Below, in pieces: positions 60,341 to 64,000 of a DNA stretch of 64,000 nt. Both the position numbers and the translations under genes were made by a program. This DNA is from an uncultured Gammaproteobacteria bacterium (GTDB lineage Bacteria; Patescibacteriota; Microgenomatia; UBA10105; UBA927). Position 1 is the stretch's first letter. Every line of letters starts with the position of its first letter. Below the pieces are notes generated by a model. That model searched no databases, had not been told where the DNA came from, and saw only the letters and a program-made list of their open reading frames with translations. Where the stretch lies: NCBI GenBank assembly GCA_964349125.1, contig CAYGFH010000006.1:11121-75120 (forward strand). The letters are read 5' to 3'.

Positions 60341-61111
60341 CTACCAGTTTATAATCCCGATTGTGGCAGCTGCTCGAAGACCTGCAACGTATCCGTCCTT
60401 TTGGGTTCGCAACTCGAGAGATGTCTGTCTAAGAAGTGCAGGAACCAGGGGTAAAAATTCAACAGTGGTCATGTCTCTGAAATACTCTGGTTTAAAATCA
60501 TTAGTCCTCCACCAGAGAATACCATCAATCGATTTGGCATCCCGTGTGAGTGCGTGAATTTTATGTGTATCTTCCGGAACATGCTCTCTAATCATCCGAC
60601 AAACCAGTTTACGTATGTACTTTGGTACACGGGTTATCCCGGTGTTGTCTTGTTCAATTTCTTGCGCAATTAATTCTCCATGCAGCATATCCAACTCATC
60701 ATTTGATCGCCGCGCATCATGATACGACGCGAACCATCCTGCAGCCTCGATAAAGTGCGATGGGACGATGCGACCTCTCGCTTGCTCAAGTAATAATTTT
60801 GGGATCAATAATGTTCCTACATTGGCGCCATGCTCACGTTGATGATGGATTATACCCGGCTTATTGATTGGCATAATACTTTTTGCGGGAGCAAAATGCA
60901 TAAAAAAACCTATATCGGGTAGCACTGGAATTTCAGTACGGATACGGTGCACTACTTCATCGACTGAAGGTAATCTCCTTAATAGTTCCCCGGGCACCTT
61001 TTCCCCAACTCGTAAGTTGAGAGCCTTTGCAATCTCTGGATTACTCATAGCTGACGTATTGTACCAAAATAGTGCGTATTGATCGATTATTTTACTATTG
61101 TGCAATTCCAA
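60341..61111 (-). CDS. hypothetical protein (256 aa)
   Basis: No confident family assignment. It contains the His-rich stretch IIHHQREHGANVG. Confidence 0.35.
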   Translation of the reverse strand: MELHNSKIIDQYALFWYNTSAMSNPEIAKALNLRVGEKVPGELLRRLPSVDEVVHRIRTEIPVLPDIGFFMHFAPAKSIMPINKPGIIHHQREHGANVGTLLIPKLLLEQARGRIVPSHFIEAAGWFASYHDARRSNDELDMLHGELIAQEIEQDNTGITRVPKYIRKLVCRMIREHVPEDTHKIHALTRDAKSIDGILWWRTNDFKPEYFRDMTTVEFLPLVPALLRQTSLELRTQKDGYVAGLRAAATIGIINW

Positions 61112-61202
61112 AATTCACACTACTCTTCGTACAGAGGCCTCGTCTCCGACCAATAGGATTATAGAAATATAAAAACTTTATCGTGTATACTAATATATAC
61201 AT

Positions 61203-62375
61203 ATGACACGTTCGCATCCGTCTTTACTAAAAAGCATTCAGTTGGCGGCGGCAACTATCGTCCTAGCTACTCTCGGGGTAGCACTTATTGCAAATGGGAA
61301 AACTTCGACTGATGTACGATCGCGCGCTGCAAATCCAGTTATTGTGGACTCAGCCGTCTGCCCGTCGCCTCCTGCATTCACAGGGACTCAACCAATCGCT
61401 GCATATCAGTTTACCTATCCTGCAATCATACGGTCTGCAGACAATACTTCATGGCGTATGTTTACCGGTGGAATAGCATCACGTATGCCACTATCAATTC
61501 GGCAGCAAGACCAGAGAAGTCTGATTCGATTCCCCGATTCACAGGAAGAGATTTGGATGTCAACGTCCAAAGACCTCGCAAATTGGTCACTTCCGAAATT
61601 TTCATTCCGAATGCTACCAGAAACTCAGATTGCATTTCAACAGAACAAATTGTACAAGGATATATATCCGAATAGTTTTTCTGGCAAGTGTACACAGCTT
61701 GGAAATTCACTCTGTAATGTACAGATAAATGATCCATCGGTTGTCCGGTACAATGGCTCACTCTATTTATATTTCACAATGCTTGAAAATTATAGATGGT
61801 ACGACGGCACTTATGGTGTACTTGGATCAAGCGGTCCGCAGAATCCCACTGAACAAAACCGTCATTCTATTGGTCTGGCTGTCAGCGGTGATGATGGGAA
61901 AAATTGGGCATTTGTCGGGAAAATTATCCCTGAACACCCGACAGATAGTGATGGGAAATCTGTTTTGGGTGCATGGGCACCATCAGCTATCGTTATTGGG
62001 GATAGAGTGGATGTTTATTTCCATGACGCCTTAGGAACACAGCAATATGTGGCACAGCTTAAGGGTGGTGTATCAATTCAGAAACTTGAACGTCTGAACA
62101 AGAGCGATTCAGTATATAGGGTGAATATGGATATCATCCGGTCCGGAAACCTCTTCGAAGCCACATTCAATGACGCCTCATTTAATATAGTGAGAACATA
62201 TTTTAGTGGTCCCCAGGATTTTGGGAAGCTATGCAATACCAAAATAATTGTTCCCGCTGATGCCACGCACAAATGGCCGACACCACATCAGGTAATTGAT
62301 GGGGACAAAGTTCATCTGTTCTTTTGGCAACTTGAGAATCCTTCGTCAATTCATCATTGGGTGAGAGCCAGATAA
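61203..62375 (+). CDS. secreted beta-propeller protein with BNR/Asp-box (glycosidase-like)
   Basis: 390 aa. It has an N-terminal signal/anchor (LAAATIVLATLGVALIA) and the Asp-box SGDDGKNW. Confidence 0.5.
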   Translation: MTRSHPSLLKSIQLAAATIVLATLGVALIANGKTSTDVRSRAANPVIVDSAVCPSPPAFTGTQPIAAYQFTYPAIIRSADNTSWRMFTGGIASRMPLSIRQQDQRSLIRFPDSQEEIWMSTSKDLANWSLPKFSFRMLPETQIAFQQNKLYKDIYPNSFSGKCTQLGNSLCNVQINDPSVVRYNGSLYLYFTMLENYRWYDGTYGVLGSSGPQNPTEQNRHSIGLAVSGDDGKNWAFVGKIIPEHPTDSDGKSVLGAWAPSAIVIGDRVDVYFHDALGTQQYVAQLKGGVSIQKLERLNKSDSVYRVNMDIIRSGNLFEATFNDASFNIVRTYFSGPQDFGKLCNTKIIVPADATHKWPTPHQVIDGDKVHLFFWQLENPSSIHHWVRAR

Positions 62376-62468
62376 GGCTATCATCACTCTATTGAGAGTA
62401 TTGTAATCAACAGACATACCATCCTATACACTCTTTAGGTACACGTGAACCGTATGCGTTCTCACATA

Positions 62469-62544
62469 CCACCTCGGAGGTGGCGACAATTTATAAAAAT
62501 ATGGGAAAATTCAGATTCGTTTTTCACAACCACCTCGGAGGTGG
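62469..62544. repeat. two copies of palindrome CCACCTCGGAGGTGG (62469-62483 and 62530-62544) in a convergent intergenic region; probable terminator hairpins
   Basis: Both copies lie within a longer shared context (cacaTAccacctcggaggtggc / cacaAccacctcggaggtggc). They are located between the stops of 61203-62375(+) and 62552-63148(-). Confidence 0.5.
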
Positions 62545-62551
62545 CAATGAA

Positions 62552-63148
62552 TTAGGTGCAAACACCATCTGCCCATAACCCTCTTTTTTGTTCGCGTGCA
62601 ATTTTTTCCGCCGCCTTAAACTCCTCCTGATAGTGGTAGGGCTTACTCTGATACGTGTATTCGTGTGCGTATCCTTCACGAATCAGCAGTTCGTTAATAT
62701 GGGTTCCGTCTTGCAAAAAAACATACCGTAGAGCTCTGTTATATTTGTCCACATCTCCCTGAGTAGGGTCTGATTTCAGTATCACTGTTTGACCGGCCAA
62801 TAATTCGGTTGTTTTAGCCGATGCCTCTTTACCGAAGCACTGCACTGCGCGTCGGGGATCCACCGTTTCGGGTGTATCTACACCGATCATTCTAACCGTA
62901 ACTTTATTTCCGTTATAGTTACCTGTTATAGTATCGCCGTCGACAACTCTCGTAACTATTAATTCTCCACTCCCTGAAGAAATCTGAGAAAATTCCAGTT
63001 TCACCGGCGACTGGGAAATTCGCGGAGAGTCACTTACCACAAGAGTTGATGAACCGGGAATAGTATCCCCGAAGAGATATCCCAGAAAAAATAACATGAT
63101 GACTATCCCATATCTGACGTATTTTTTTCGAGAAGCCATACTAATCAT
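62552..63148 (-). CDS. thermonuclease (staphylococcal nuclease homologue, SNase-like)
   Basis: 198 aa. It has an N-terminal signal/anchor and the SNc catalytic region VVDGDTI...RMIGVDTPE...YNRALRYV. Confidence 0.8.
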   Translation of the reverse strand: MISMASRKKYVRYGIVIMLFFLGYLFGDTIPGSSTLVVSDSPRISQSPVKLEFSQISSGSGELIVTRVVDGDTITGNYNGNKVTVRMIGVDTPETVDPRRAVQCFGKEASAKTTELLAGQTVILKSDPTQGDVDKYNRALRYVFLQDGTHINELLIREGYAHEYTYQSKPYHYQEEFKAAEKIAREQKRGLWADGVCT

Positions 63149-63163
63149 AGCGGGTATATTGAT

Positions 63164-63820
63164 CTACGATCCGTACTCGGGGCAGAGATCCCCCAAGGGA
63201 CAATTATCACAGGTGTGTTGCCTCGCTACGCATTTGTGCCGTCCATGAAGAGTGAGCAGTTGTCCGAATTTGATCCATGCGTCTTTCGGAAGCAGTTCCA
63301 TAAGTTCCGCTTCGATTTTGACCGGATCCTTCTGTGTTGAAAGACCCAGACGATTCGACATGCGGATGCCGTGTGTGTCAATAACAATTCCCGATGCAAT
63401 ACCAAACGCACTTCCCAATACAACATTGGCCGTTTTGCGGGCCACTCCCGGTAGTGCATCCAGTTCTTCCATGGTTTTTGGCACTTCCCCACCGTACGTA
63501 TGTATAATCATGTTTGCGGAAGCGACAATATTTTTGGATTTGTTGAAATGGAAGTTTACTTTGGATACTTCACGGTCCACATCAGCAACATCAGCACGGG
63601 CTATATCCTGCATGGTTGGAAATTTTGCAAACAGTCCCGGTGTCACCGTATTGACGAGCTTATCGGTAGCCTGCGCTGATAGAATCACTGCCACCAATAA
63701 TTCCCAGGGGGACGTATAATTGAGCTCTACAACGGGATTGGGATTGTCAGCCAAAAGCCGTTTATAAATTTCCAACGCTTTTTCTTTTTTTGTCATATTT
63801 TTTGTAGTATACCACACCAA
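63164..63820 (-). CDS. nth: endonuclease III (Nth)
   Basis: It has the HhH-GPD motif LPGVARKTANVVL and the 4Fe-4S cluster C-x6-C-x2-C-x5-C (CVARQHTCDNCPLGDLC). The track start is a TTG; ATG at MTKKEK (63796) is the more likely start. Confidence 0.9.
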   Translation of the reverse strand: MVWYTTKNMTKKEKALEIYKRLLADNPNPVVELNYTSPWELLVAVILSAQATDKLVNTVTPGLFAKFPTMQDIARADVADVDREVSKVNFHFNKSKNIVASANMIIHTYGGEVPKTMEELDALPGVARKTANVVLGSAFGIASGIVIDTHGIRMSNRLGLSTQKDPVKIEAELMELLPKDAWIKFGQLLTLHGRHKCVARQHTCDNCPLGDLCPEYGS

Positions 63821-63834
63821 AGTAATGTGCCAGA

Positions 63835-64000
63835 TCAGCGAGACCGTTTAATTTGTTCCGTGGATGTATTCATACGATCCAGTATACGTCCGGATTCAGA
63901 TGGCGATGCGAACCTGGCCACTCCATAGGAATCGATGATGATTGGGAAAAAGTTAACATCGGTAAGGGTAGTACCGGTAAATGTATACCTCCCCAATACT
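63835..64000 (-). CDS. partial ORF (C-terminal 54 codons of a gene continuing beyond the window end)
   Basis: Manual minus-strand frame is open from 64000 down to a TGA at 63835-63837 (…GRYTFTGTTLTDVNFFPIIIDSYGVARFASPSESGRILDRMNTSTEQIKRSR*). There is no motif. Confidence 0.25.
   Translation of the reverse strand, partial: VLGRYTFTGTTLTDVNFFPIIIDSYGVARFASPSESGRILDRMNTSTEQIKRSR

Noticed and set aside
1-64000. Searched for CRISPR arrays, integrase/transposase genes, rRNA and additional tRNAs
   Set aside because: I found no regularly spaced direct repeats with unique spacers, no recombinase-like ORF, and no further GGTTCGAATCC-type T-arm signatures. Only the single tRNA-Glu is supportable.

Overview
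This 64 kb window looks like a gene-dense fragment of a small-genome bacterium, about 45% GC. Gene content suggests Patescibacteria/CPR, though that is an inference: archaeal-type bifunctional PGI/PMI, DhnA-type class I aldolase, PEP synthase, short DNA pol III delta, many GT-C/GT2/GT4 surface-glycosylation genes. I saw no rRNA, CRISPR, integrase or transposase.

Layout from left to right:
(1) A partial secreted protein runs off the 5' edge.
(2) A DNA-repair and core block, mostly on the minus strand: uvrA, uvrB, a divergent lexA, rsmI, a methyltransferase-like gene, an AMP-forming acetyl-CoA synthetase, enolase, PEP synthase, PGI/PMI, phosphomannomutase, a holA-like gene, Nudix, a large polytopic membrane protein, rarA, a methyltransferase, and a Y-family polymerase dinB with a small upstream ORF.
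(3) GT2 and thymidine kinase, then tRNA-Glu(UUC). After it come a hypothetical 250-aa protein and a cluster of small stress-type membrane proteins (YtxH-like, GlsB/YmgE, YggT-like) with an RHH regulator.
(4) rsgA, an SGNH hydrolase, and a 740-bp ORF-free stretch.
(5) A tightly coupled glycosylation operon, which I consider the most interesting system here: DUF2079-like membrane protein, cupin sugar ketoisomerase-like, DegT aminotransferase, GT2 polyprenyl-phosphate sugar transferase, GNAT and an ArnT/PMT-like GT-C. It looks like an Arn/Gtr-style lipid-carrier aminosugar modification module.
(6) Cytidine deaminase and a MarR/MFP/RND efflux operon with an unknown leader gene.
(7) Nudix, FBPase and class I aldolase; a minimal K+ channel; a GT4/Kelch/PfkB/GT4 sugar cluster.
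(8) Two tandem orphan receiver proteins; truB; DUF2233; a Ca-type P-ATPase.
(9) A tandem GH130 fusion protein, a BNR/Asp-box secreted protein, a thermonuclease, endonuclease III, and a partial ORF at the 3' edge.

Noncoding features noted: a triple direct repeat in the lexA/uvrBA divergent promoter; a ~77-bp palindromic element abutting dinB; duplicated CCACCTCGGAGGTGG palindromes between convergent genes; two intrinsic terminators; and a candidate RHH operator.
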